Below, piece after piece: positions 39,204 through 48,960 of a DNA stretch of 64,000 nt. Source of the stretch: Octopus sinensis. Taxonomy: Eukaryota. Location: assembly GCF_006345805.1 (NCBI RefSeq), contig NC_043013.1, positions 26,412,001 through 26,476,000 of the forward strand, read 5' to 3'. Position numbers and translations under genes: made by a program. Below the pieces are notes generated by a model. The model saw only the letters and a program-made list of their open reading frames with translations, was not told the origin of the DNA and searched no databases. How positions within the stretch are numbered: position 1 is the stretch's first letter; every line of letters starts with the position of its first letter.

Positions 39204-39518
39204 AGAAACAGAAAAGCATAGGGACTGGGGAAGAGGAAAATTCAGTGAGAGCGGGGGGGGGGCAAGAGGTCAGGTGGGAATGGGAAGAGAGGAGAGGTGG
39301 GTGCATATTTACAAGTATCAGAGTGAATCCGTTTTTAGAGACAAATATATGAGAGGGAGTGGCATGTGTGACATTTTCGGTAAGTGTTTATAAGTCAGCA
39401 AGTGCAGAAGTATAGTAGTGTAGGTTGTGTGTGTCTGTGTATGTGTGTTTGAGGAAGGTGTGGATGAGATGAGATATGAGATATGTATATGTGTGTATAA
39501 TATATATATTTACATATA

Positions 39519-39556
<38 letters not shown>

Positions 39557-39914
39557 TTATAAAATGAGATAGGGGTTGAAAATTCAACCCACCATGGGAT
39601 AATATATATCCAATATACTGCTAGATAGGTACCCAACAAAATTAAAACATAGATGTTAAAATTGTCAAACAATCAGTTCATCTATTGCATTATATGGGTA
39701 AAGGTAATAATATTACCGTAAATTAATACTACAAATTAGAGAATGGAGAAATATACTAAATCAGTAAAACATCAACTATCCGATGATACTCAATCCATAC
39801 TTTAATACACCATTACATATGAGTAAAGGCAATACATAAAATGAAATGAGATATACAGTAATAGTAACAAGATAAAGAGATATAAGTAAAAATTTTCAAT
39901 ATAATATGCAAATA

Positions 39915-40033
39915 AATCAAAACTGACAGCTGTTTCGGCAGTGAGGACAGTCATACCTCATTAACCTATAAGCCATAAAGGCAGGTATAAATGAGGCATT
40001 AACAAGGATGCCCCACGGCCTCTTCAGAGAATT
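39915..40033 (-). ncRNA. Type I hammerhead ribozyme motif (left arm of palindrome, mirror copy)
   Basis: Reverse complement of the right-arm motif: GACAGCTGTTTCGGC at ~39925-39939 and TCTTCAG at 40021-40027. Confidence 0.72.
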
Positions 40034-40409
40034 AAATTAATTTGTTATAATAGTGAAAAATATTATACAATCATATACATATAAATATAAAAATATAAAA
40101 ATGTAAAATATAAAAACTTATACATCATAAAGCTACACTATATAATATAATATAATACACATTTGTACAAAAAAGGAAGTAACAGAACAAAATAAAACAA
40201 AATATATAATAGTGTATATTAATATATACACTATTATATATTTGTTTTATTTTGTTCTGTTTACCTTCCTTTTTTGTACAAATGTGTATTATATTATATT
40301 ATATAAGTGTAGCTTTATGAGTATAAGTTTTATATTTACATTTTTATATTTTTATATTTATATGTATATGATTGTATAATATTTTTCACTATTATAACAA
40401 ATTTAATTT

Positions 40410-40528
40410 AATTCTCTGAAGAGGCCGTGGGGCATCCTTGTTAATGCCTCATTTATACCTGCCTTTATGGCTTATAGGTTAAATGAGGTATGACTGTCCT
40501 CACTGCCGAAACAGCTGTCAGTTTTGAT
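40410..40528 (+). ncRNA. Type I hammerhead ribozyme motif (right arm of palindrome)
   Basis: CTGAAGA core at 40416-40422, extended stem II (GGC/GCC, GTGGGG/CCTCAC, CCTCATTTA/TAAATGAGG), GAAA at 40508-40511, 2-bp stem III with palindromic loop AGCT, and GTC cleavage triplet at 40517-40519. Stem I is weak. Confidence 0.72.
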
Positions 40529-40774
40529 TTATTTGCATTATATTTGAAAATTTTTTACTTATATCTCTTTATCTTGTTACTATTACTGTATATCTCATTT
40601 CATTTTATGTATTGCCTTTACTCATATGTAATGGTGTATTAAAGTATGGATTGAGTATCATCGGATAGTTGATGTTTTACTGATTTAAGTATATTTCTCC
40701 ATTCTCTAATTTTGTAGTATATATATATATATATATATATATTTTATAGTATTCATTTTATAGTAATAATAATC

Positions 40775-41208
40775 CTTTCTACCAGAGAGTTTGTGGGAGG
40801 GAGTAAGTTGATTACATTGATCCCTAATGCTCAACTGGTACTTATTTTATCGATCCTGAAAGGGGGAAAGGCAAAGTCAACCAAAGTGGCATTTGAACTC
40901 AAAACATTGAAGTTGGATAAAATACCTTTAAGCATTTTGCCTGGTGTGCTTATGGTTCTGCCACCTCGCCACCTAAATAATAATAACAACAAAAATAATC
41001 CTTTCTACTAAAGGCACAAGGCCTGAAATTTGGGGGTAGAGGACTAGTCGATTACATTAACCCAGTGTTTCACTGGTACTTAATTTATCAACCCTGAAAG
41101 GATGAAACAAAGTTGATCTCAGTGGAATTTGAACTCAGAACGTAGCGGCAGACGAAATACCACTAAGCATTTCGCCCAGTATGCGGATGATTCTGCCAGC
41201 TCGCTGCC

Positions 41209-41210
<2 letters not shown>
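40775..41210 (-). mobile_element. Head-to-tail SINE A pair
   Basis: Two copies, each ending in TCCTTTCTAC... and separated by an AAT-rich linker. Confidence 0.85.
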
Positions 41211-41266
<56 letters not shown>

Positions 41267-41429
41267 TATAACATACAGAAAATTGCACTACTAGGCACTG
41301 CACACATCCTACGCAGAACACTTTCCATACAATAACCATCAGAGCATCACAACAAATCACAGCACATACCCAAGGCACACAGAGCTGCACTCGGTAGTGA
41401 AGTGAAAGCACGCTATAAAAATAAAACTA

Positions 41430-41487
<58 letters not shown>

Positions 41488-41530
41488 GTAGTAGTAGTAG
41501 TAGCAGTAGCAGCAGTAATAATAATAATCA
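41211..41530. repeat. (AAT)n tracts (41211-41262; 41433-41530 with AGT/AGC variants)
   Basis: Direct reading. Confidence 0.92.
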
Positions 41531-41612
41531 GTAGTACTTCTAATTCTACATGTTTAAATTTCTTATTTTAAGCAAATCACTTAATGATCATTTGTAATTT
41601 TGAAATCAGTAC

Positions 41613-41889
41613 TATTAGGTTGTCAAGAAAGTTCTTGTGGTTTTTATCCGTTAAATTCAGATGCACATATCTTGGCTGAAATAACTACTGAGCTGAGTAT
41701 CGCCGTTTGTCGTAAAGAATCCACTTTTCATCGCAAATCACAATCTGGTTGAGAAATGTGTCGTTCTTTTTGCGTAAACGAAGGGAAGATGACACTTCAA
41801 AATGGCCTTTTTTTTAGTTGTCATTCAATTCATGCGGCACCCATTTCTCAAGTATTTTTGTTTTTCCAATCTCTTTCAAGTGGTTGGAA
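41613..41889 (-). mobile_element. Mariner transposon remnant, truncated by the RTE insertion
   Basis: HLKEIGKTKILEKWVPHEL..FLNQIVICDEKWILYDKRRYSAQ, with TIR-like TATTAGGTTGTCAAGAAAG at 41613. Confidence 0.85.
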
Positions 41890-42706
41890 ATTGAATGTCA
41901 GTGTACTTACTCGACAGAGCGTTAGTACCTTGAGAGATATGTTGTACCTAAGAAGCATCAGTTGTTGTGTGCAAGGGAGACGATTGCGCTGGTATGGTCA
42001 TGTGGCGAGAATGGATGAAGATAGGTGTGTGAGAAAGTGCCAATCCCTAGCAGTTGAGGGAACCCGTGGAAGAGGTAGACCCAGGAAAACCTGGGACGAA
42101 GTGGTGAAGCACGACCATCGGACGTTAGGTCTCACCATGGAAATGACTAGAGACCGAGACCTATGGAAGTATGCTGTGCGTGAGAAGACCCGGCAAGACT
42201 AGTGAAGCCATAATCCGTGGCCCCTACCTGGGACGTAGTCAGTCCACCTGTGCATACCTTCCTTCTTGTGACACTTGTGAAGACCTGTTGAGGCAAGTGA
42301 GAATCGAATCGAATCAAATCAAATCAAATCGAACCAAATCAAAATAGATGAACATCAATGGAATTTGTATCCTTGTGGTACCAGTGCCGGTGGCACATAA
42401 GAAAACCATCCGAATGTGATCGTAGCCAGTACCGCAATGACTGGCCTCCGTGCTGAGGGCACGTAACAAACACCATCCGAGCGTGGCCGTCCGCCAGCCC
42501 CGTCTGGCACCTGTGTCGGTGGCACATAAAAAACACCATCCGAGCGTGGCCGTCTGCCAGCCTCGTCTGGCACCTGTGTCGGTGGCACATAAAATCACCC
42601 ACTACACTCTCGGAGTGGTTGGCGTTAGGAAGGGCATCCAGCTGTAGAAACACTGCCAGATCTGACTGGCCTGGTGCAGCCTTCGGGCTTGCCAGACCCC
42701 AGTTGA
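41890..42706 (+). mobile_element. Young 5'-truncated RTE LINE, cut at its 3' end by the PLE
   Basis: RRLRWYGHVARMDEDRCVRKCQSLAVEGTRGRGRPRKTWDEVVKHD, an (ATCRA)n block and internal 3'UTR repeats. Ends at CCCAGTTGA, whereas the 52398 copy continues ACCGTCCAACCC. Confidence 0.88.
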
Positions 42707-42932
42707 CGTCCCATCTGGTTTCTAGATTATGAAACCAACTTCAAAAATGAACACATATCCAACAACCCCTTCATAAAATTAAGTAAATCAAAACCAAATA
42801 CCAACAGAACGGAACAACCACCAAGAAATCCTAACACACTCTACACCAGAAAAGTACACCTAAAACACACCCCACACTACCTACACCAACCCCAAAACAC
42901 TTATAGGGTCCCACCACACCATTCCACGAACC

Positions 42933-43545
42933 TGTAACGAACTTAGTGTGATTGAATAGTCTTCTCTTGTACTATCGGGGTACAAGAAAGCAATCACTAT
43001 CCGTTGCTTTAATAATCCAGAATTCTACCCGTCAGAAACAACAAGACGCAGACGTAAAAGATATATATACTACTTTATTCTCTAATGTGGTAACAGTAAC
43101 AATAAGTGGTTATCTGGTATCCCTTTGGTATAAATGTGTTGTGCTGAACCTTATCTCTGTAAAATAAGAAAGTGTTCAAATGCAAAACGACACTGGTCAA
43201 AGATGGCGGCGAACAATGGAGACGATGTTGGTCTGCAACAATTTGGTTAAAGGCCTTTTGGTAAGGTGCTGCTAGAATCAAGTTCCGACGGAGAAAAAAT
43301 ATACGTGACCGTTGCCTTTAGTCGCTGCTGTCTCAAGTCGTTGGCTGCTTCTGCTAGCGGTCAAACGTTCTACGACCCCCATGCCTTGGCTAACTACCAC
43401 ATAGGCAAAAGGGTCGTGCTTCCGGTGGTTCGCGCATGCGCGAGAGGGCCCTTCCTTTCTGTGCCTTGGTGAAGGCACCAACACTCGCACGCGCGAAATA
43501 GAAAATGGACGGTGCGCGCGCGCGCACCGTTATAGGATCACTACA
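42933..43545 (-). mobile_element. Solo LTR (Ty3/Gypsy-type), 613 bp
   Basis: Termini TGTA...TACA and a 4-bp TSD AACC (42929-42932 and 43546-43549). Minus-strand AATAAA at 43074-43079 gives the orientation. Body is CpG-rich. Confidence 0.85.
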
Positions 43546-43811
43546 AACCTAAGAGCCACAACATACAATACTATAAAATACAACCCACATAACCAAACCA
43601 AAACGCTACTACCAAACATCCACCCCAGGAACCAACCATACAAACATAACAAACAACAAATGCACTACGGAGGAAACAACTACCAACACAATATACCTGA
43701 TGAACTAAGACGGAACACTAGGTACAACAACACACTCCAGAACAGAGCACCACAAACTCACTCTGACAATTATAACAACATGAGACAGATAAATAGTAGC
43801 TTTGAACATAA

Positions 43812-45704
43812 CTACACCAACCATTTTTTAGACCTTACACACAGGAACAGGGACACACGATAGCAAAGGACAAACAAAAGAAACCTCAGGTAATTAAGAT
43901 AATCAATCTCTCAAACAAAGAACTTACACCTAACGAAATAAGCATACTCTCCAAAGGACTTAAATTTACACCTACCCCACAACGTTCTAATTACTATGAA
44001 ATGAAAGATGATATTTCGGAATTTTGCAGAAAACTAAGACTCACCGAGGCATTTCAAGACAAAAAAATAGAGGAGGACCCAATAGCTAGAAACAAGAGCA
44101 ATTACACCCCCACCAAGGGAAAGAATAAAGCCTTAGACCGCTATTGTGACTACATAACTAATTTCCCGTTTCAATTCATCAAGAAACAAAAACACAGCCC
44201 TAACTTCAACAAAAGAGAATGGAACGACCTCATCAAACTAAGAGAAGACAAAACAATAACAATTAAGGAGGCAGATAAGGGCAACGCGATAGTAATAATG
44301 AATACAAACGATTATAAAAATTTAGTGCTATCCCTATTAAGAGATGAAACGTATTATGAAAGGGCCCAACAGTATAATCAGCAAAAAATAATGCATAACC
44401 TTAGGACATTAATCAACACATACCAAGAAGGACTCACGAACAAGGAGTATGAATACATCACTAACTTCAAATGCAAATCGAGTTTGTTCTATGGTATCCC
44501 TAAGGTACACAAAAGCCAAATAATTAGAGAAACGTGCAGAACATCCACCGACACACTCATCAAAATCCCTTCACCAAATGATCTTAAACTAAGACCGATA
44601 ATAGCAGGGCCAGCATGTGAAACTCACCGCCTCAGCAATTTCTTAGACACACTTCTTAAACCTTTCCTAAAACACATTAAAAGCTACGTAAGAGACGATA
44701 TAGATATGCTCAACCACCTCCCTAAAACAGTCAATGAGAAAACCCTTCTAGTATCATTCGACGTAGTTAATCTTTATTCTAACATCCCTCACAACCTAGG
44801 AATAGAAGCGATCACCTTCTGGCTGAATAACTACCCCTTTGAACTCCCAACTCGCATAAACAAAGACCTTATAATAGAAGGACTTAGATTCATTTTAGAG
44901 AACAATTATGTTATTTTTGACAATGATTTCTACAGACAAAGATCGGGAACAGTGATGGGCACACGTACTGCACCATCTTTTGCCAACCTAGTGATGGGAT
45001 ACCTCGAGAAAATACTATACCGGATAACACTCGAGAAATATGGAAACACCTTCGCCACCTATATCCATAACAACTGGAAAAGATACCTCGATGACTGTTT
45101 CATCATCTGGGACAAAGGTATAGAGAAACTTGAGGAATTTAAAATACTATTAAATGGAATAAATGACAATATACAATTCACGATGGACCACAACGAAAAA
45201 GAATTACCATTTTTAGACATCCTCATTAAGAAAACCGGCAACAAAATAGAGACAGATATCTACTATAAACCGACAGACTCTAAACAGTACCTACCCTTTG
45301 ATTCATGCCACCCACGACACACTAGAATGAATGTCCCTTTTTGTTTAGCTAGAAGGATTTGCACCATAATATCAGACACAAACACCCGACACACACGTCT
45401 CCAGGAACTTAGAACCACACTCACAAATAGAAACTATCCACAGCCCCTAATAGACAGTGCAATCCAACGGGTACTTAAATTAAATATAGAAGACCTGAGA
45501 CAAACAAAACCAAAAAAGAAAGAACAATTAAAAACCCTTCCCTACATCTCTACACACAACCCACTCAACAATGAGGCCTTCAACACCATACTACAAAGCA
45601 CAGCCCTACTAAAGGGAGACCCAAAGATGAACCGGATCCTCGAAACACACACCATCATTAAAAGTAAACGGCAACCAAAATCCTTGAAAAGGATTTTAAC
45701 CTAA
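43812..45704 (+). CDS. Penelope-like reverse transcriptase (frame open from 43812; ends at an in-frame TAA)
   Basis: ORF-track 44001-45704 extends upstream without stops to 43812 and includes IINLS..KGLKFTP. YLDD catalytic motif is present. Confidence 0.92.
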   Translation, partial: LHQPFFRPYTQEQGHTIAKDKQKKPQVIKIINLSNKELTPNEISILSKGLKFTPTPQRSNYYEMKDDISEFCRKLRLTEAFQDKKIEEDPIARNKSNYTPTKGKNKALDRYCDYITNFPFQFIKKQKHSPNFNKREWNDLIKLREDKTITIKEADKGNAIVIMNTNDYKNLVLSLLRDETYYERAQQYNQQKIMHNLRTLINTYQEGLTNKEYEYITNFKCKSSLFYGIPKVHKSQIIRETCRTSTDTLIKIPSPNDLKLRPIIAGPACETHRLSNFLDTLLKPFLKHIKSYVRDDIDMLNHLPKTVNEKTLLVSFDVVNLYSNIPHNLGIEAITFWLNNYPFELPTRINKDLIIEGLRFILENNYVIFDNDFYRQRSGTVMGTRTAPSFANLVMGYLEKILYRITLEKYGNTFATYIHNNWKRYLDDCFIIWDKGIEKLEEFKILLNGINDNIQFTMDHNEKELPFLDILIKKTGNKIETDIYYKPTDSKQYLPFDSCHPRHTRMNVPFCLARRICTIISDTNTRHTRLQELRTTLTNRNYPQPLIDSAIQRVLKLNIEDLRQTKPKKKEQLKTLPYISTHNPLNNEAFNTILQSTALLKGDPKMNRILETHTIIKSKRQPKSLKRILT

Positions 45705-46157
45705 GCTACACTGCACTCAACATCAACCACAAAACCAGCAGTTAGAAAAGGTGGAAGGCCCAACTGCGGAATCTGTGTCATCTTGAAAGAAGGATCAGAA
45801 TTTATACTGGAACAAGGCCACCAGTTCACCATTAGAACAAACTTCACCTGCGCATCAGAAAACTTAATTTATGTCATAACATGCGCAGGCTGCAATAGGC
45901 AGTATATAGGCCATACAAAAAATAGCTTACGTAACAGGATGGCGGTGCATAAATCACAAATTAGAAACCCTGATTACCGCAAAATACCGGTCAGCGGACA
46001 CATAGATAGATGTGCTGGAAATGTAAATCCGAAATTTACAACTAACCCGCTCTATAAATTCAGTGACAACGCAACCTTCACACAACGCCAAAATAAAGAA
46101 CTGTATTTCATTAAAAAATTTAGACCAAGTTTAAACACCCTGGGCCAGGAATATTAA
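45705..46157 (+). CDS. GIY-YIG endonuclease domain of the PLE, same frame as the RT after a single stop
   Basis: ATLHSTSTTKPAVRKGGRPNCGIC...FTCASENLIYVITCAGCNRQYIGHTKNSLRNRMAVH..PVSGH..LNT. In frame with the RT (45783-45705 = 78 nt). Confidence 0.9.
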   Translation, partial: ATLHSTSTTKPAVRKGGRPNCGICVILKEGSEFILEQGHQFTIRTNFTCASENLIYVITCAGCNRQYIGHTKNSLRNRMAVHKSQIRNPDYRKIPVSGHIDRCAGNVNPKFTTNPLYKFSDNATFTQRQNKELYFIKKFRPSLNTLGQEY

Positions 46158-46334
46158 AACAAAAGATAAGTCCTCCGAAAAGGAGAAGCAAAATTCCACC
46201 ATGGCCGCTACCTTAAATAGTCACTCGCACTGACGGAAATATGCCTTAGTAAAAAAGGGAAAAAAATTTTTCGTGCAAATTTGACCCTGATGGACTGACC
46301 ACATACGATACAGCTAAGGGTCAGACCCGATTCT

Positions 46335-46708
46335 GATTGGTCAACATGTTGATGACGTCTAGTTCTGCTAGAATGGACAGGATACAAACAGGGGGCAGAG
46401 ATTAGTCAGAATATTGATGACGTCCTTTTCTACTTGACTAGTCACCTAACAAGAAACAGACAGGGGGCAGATCTAATGCAGCTATAAGTCGTGATTGGGC
46501 AGAATCTTGATGACGTCCCGTTCTGCCTGACTAAGCCACCTAACGAAACGACTGGTCGAAACAGGATACAGACAAGAGGCAGTTATAATACAGCGATAGG
46601 TCACGATTGGTCAGAATGTTGATGACATCCAGTTCTGCTTGACTAAGCCACCTAACGAAAACGGGCAGATCTAATACAGCTATAAGTCGTGATTGGTCAG
46701 AATCTTGA
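46335..46708 (+). repeat. Tandem array of ~65-112 bp units with core GATTGGTCAGAATnTTGATGACGTCC
   Basis: Core starts at 46335, 46400, 46493, 46605 and 46691 (last copy truncated). Confidence 0.9.
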
Positions 46709-46712
46709 ACCG

Positions 46713-47417
46713 TCATCGTTGGAGGGACTTAAGTTCCTCTTTTTCACATTCTTCATTCCATAGTGCTGGTAATGTTTCAGTTTTGATGTAGTCTATTAGT
46801 TTGATGACTTCTTCGTTGATTTCCTCGTCTATGGTTTTTACTTTTTCTTCATTCGTCTTAGCTCTCAGCTTGAGTAGTTCTATTTTCATCTTCATTTTGT
46901 CTAATGACATTTTTTCTCTAAGTTTTCTTTGTTCTTCTGGTTCTTCCGAGATAGGCTTGATTTGTAATTTACGGGGTATGACTAGGGGTGTTGAGTCTAG
47001 CCATTTTTGGTAAATCTCTGCTTTATTCTGATTTTGTATCATTTTCCAAAAAGCGAATTTTCTGTTTCGCTGTAGTGTTCTCCATTGGGGGAGGACTTGG
47101 TTCTTTATTTGTAATGTTGAAGTTGCTCGGTTCTTCTCATGTGTTCCTTCTTTTTGTTGCTCTTGTTTCGTAAAGTTTGTGAAGAATGTCGTCATTGTAT
47201 CGCATAGATTTTCAACTTTCTCGAATATTTCAGAGGGTGTTTTATTCGATTCGGTTTCCTCGTTAGTTTGTGTAGAAGGTCGAGGTGTTAAGTTGAGTTT
47301 GTTTAACACTGCTGTTAGGTTTGAGTTTATGCTTTTCAATTCTTTCAGTATCTCTTCATTTATTGAGTAGATGTCGTTGGTGTCTTTTTTAGCAGGCATT
47401 TTCGGGAGCTCGTACAT
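46713..47417 (-). CDS. N-terminal coiled-coil portion of the same PLE ORF, in inverted orientation
   Basis: 234-aa ORF with RKFAFWKMIQNQNKAEIYQKW..IPRKLQIKPI..EQRKLRE..IELLKLRA..LWNEECEKEELKSLQR. Same A-rich sense bias as the PLE, and it joins in frame to 42707 onward (see findings). Confidence 0.7.
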   Translation of the reverse strand: MYELPKMPAKKDTNDIYSINEEILKELKSINSNLTAVLNKLNLTPRPSTQTNEETESNKTPSEIFEKVENLCDTMTTFFTNFTKQEQQKEGTHEKNRATSTLQIKNQVLPQWRTLQRNRKFAFWKMIQNQNKAEIYQKWLDSTPLVIPRKLQIKPISEEPEEQRKLREKMSLDKMKMKIELLKLRAKTNEEKVKTIDEEINEEVIKLIDYIKTETLPALWNEECEKEELKSLQR

Positions 47418-47524
47418 GATGTGATATTTATAATAGGATTAGCTCGTATACGAGTAGATATATATTTGTAAAAAATGAAGTTCGAAAATGCTGCTATATT
47501 ATACAATTTTTTATTTTTATATAT

Positions 47525-47570
47525 ACATTATAACATGTTTCAGTTCCTGAAATGAACCTTATCAAAAAAA
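47525..47570 (-). ncRNA. Degenerate hammerhead relic in the 5' region of the inverted PLE segment
   Basis: Minus strand TTGATAA-GGTTC-ATTTCAG-GAACT-GAAA-CATG-TT. Stem II and a palindromic loop III are present, but the core has C3>T and G8>A changes. Confidence 0.4.
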
Positions 47571-47779
47571 GTTATATATAAAAAAAGACAGCTCATGCCG
47601 TCAAACACAAGAAATTCATTTACAATTCACAACGGAGTCAGACATCTTAAAGTTCATATATAGTTTGAAGTAAGTTCATTTATGCTATATGTTCAAAGTG
47701 TTCGATGTAGTGGCCCACGGTGGCGATACGTATTCAATATAAAAAACAGATCAAAGTATATACAAAGTATATATAGATC

Positions 47780-47817
47780 AAAGTGTATATACATACACAC
47801 ACATACATACATACATG

Positions 47818-47881
<64 letters not shown>

Positions 47882-47920
47882 ATAATATATATATATATTA
47901 TATATATATATATACATATC
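47780..47920. repeat. (TA)n-rich tract
   Basis: Direct reading. Confidence 0.92.
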
Positions 47921-48420
47921 TATCTACTACATATGTGGAAAATTCTGTTTGTGGGTGTGTTCGATTGTGGAGTTGTTATCCAACTCCTCCTACATCGTTT
48001 TATTGATTTTGATGAACCCATGTCTGGAAAACTAGTGACATACTTAGATTGTTGAAAAAATCGATAATAGGGAGGAAAGGATTCTTATATCTACTACATA
48101 TATCTAATATATTATTTTTAAACATCCAAGGGAAATAATCCATTGGCTCCTGAAAGGGATCCTTATATATATATAACCAAGGGAAATAACCCATTCATGT
48201 TTGTAAATTATTTGGTATAAATCAAATTGAGTATGCTTATTTCTTAGTATTTGAACTATTTCAGTTATTTCCGCAATTTATCCAGTACAATGCTTAAACA
48301 AGTAAATCGTATTCTCCTAAACAATAGATCCACTTATTTCGGTTAGTGACTGAGGAAAATATTCTCTGTGAACACACAAAAGCCTTTTTTAGAGTTACTT
48401 ACTTTGAATTGTTATTATCT
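47880..48420 (-). mobile_element. Possible degraded PLE 5'/N-terminal fragment
   Basis: Stop-ridden helical-looking translation (RRIRFTCLSIVLDKLRK..EISILNLIYTK) next to the PLE. Weak. Confidence 0.25.
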
Positions 48421-48795
48421 CATATCTAATTAGTCTGTTATTACATAACATGCTTCACAATTTTAGTATATATACCTTATTAGTATTTCTTCCTAAGTTC
48501 TATATACTCTAGGAATGTATTAAAGCCCTTTTTGGGGCTACTTTATTTGAATTCTTACTATCAGGTAATTAATTTCATGTAATTGCATAACTGACTTCAC
48601 AATTTGGGCATTCATAATTTATGTGGAATTCTTAAAAACAAGATCCTGTGTTAGACAGTTAGGTATAAATGCACAAAAACCGTTTTAAGGGCTACATACT
48701 TTGTATTGTTGTTACTGGATTAGTAAAGCAATTATGAGAATGGAACCAAGGGTTAAGCCTTGCCTTCCCAGGAATTACTGGGTATGTCAGCTAGT

Positions 48796-48887
48796 ACATA
48801 TATATATATATATATGTATATATGTATATGTGTGTGTGTATGTGTGTGTGTGTGTGTGTGTGTGTACAAATATATATTTATATATAC

Positions 48888-48960
<73 letters not shown>
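48796..48960. repeat. (TA)n(TG)n..(TA)n(CA)n compound microsatellite
   Basis: Direct reading. Confidence 0.92.

Larger units (their letters stand above)
39726..40720. repeat. ~995-bp palindrome (two ~495-bp inverted arms, essentially no spacer, centre ~40220)
   Basis: ATACTACAAATTAGAGAATGGAG at 39726 is mirrored by CTCCATTCTCTAATTTTGTAGTAT ending at 40720. Differences between arms are mostly 1-2 nt indels in homopolymers or short repeats. Confidence 0.95.
42709..46708 (+). mobile_element. Penelope-like retroelement, main body (low-complexity N-terminal region, RT, GIY-YIG endonuclease, 3' tandem array), interrupted by a solo LTR
   Basis: PLE motifs IINLSNKELTPNEISILSKGLKFTP, ADKGNAIVI, YGIPKVHK, LRPII, SFDVVNLYSNIP, GTVMGT..APSFANLVMG, WKRYLDDCF, LPFLDI, YYKPTDS, SCHP, then LIY..YIG. 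Strongly A/C-rich sense strand. Confidence 0.93.

Noticed and set aside
43278-43490. Structured GC-rich segment as a stand-alone ncRNA or CpG-island gene promoter
   Set aside because: It lies entirely within the TSD-bounded solo LTR, and I recognise no snRNA or other RNA family motif.
46335-46708. Tandem hammerheads (TTGATGA ... GAAAC words)
   Set aside because: The core would start with T instead of C, the G10.1-C11.1 closing pair is absent, and no consistent stem II forms across units.
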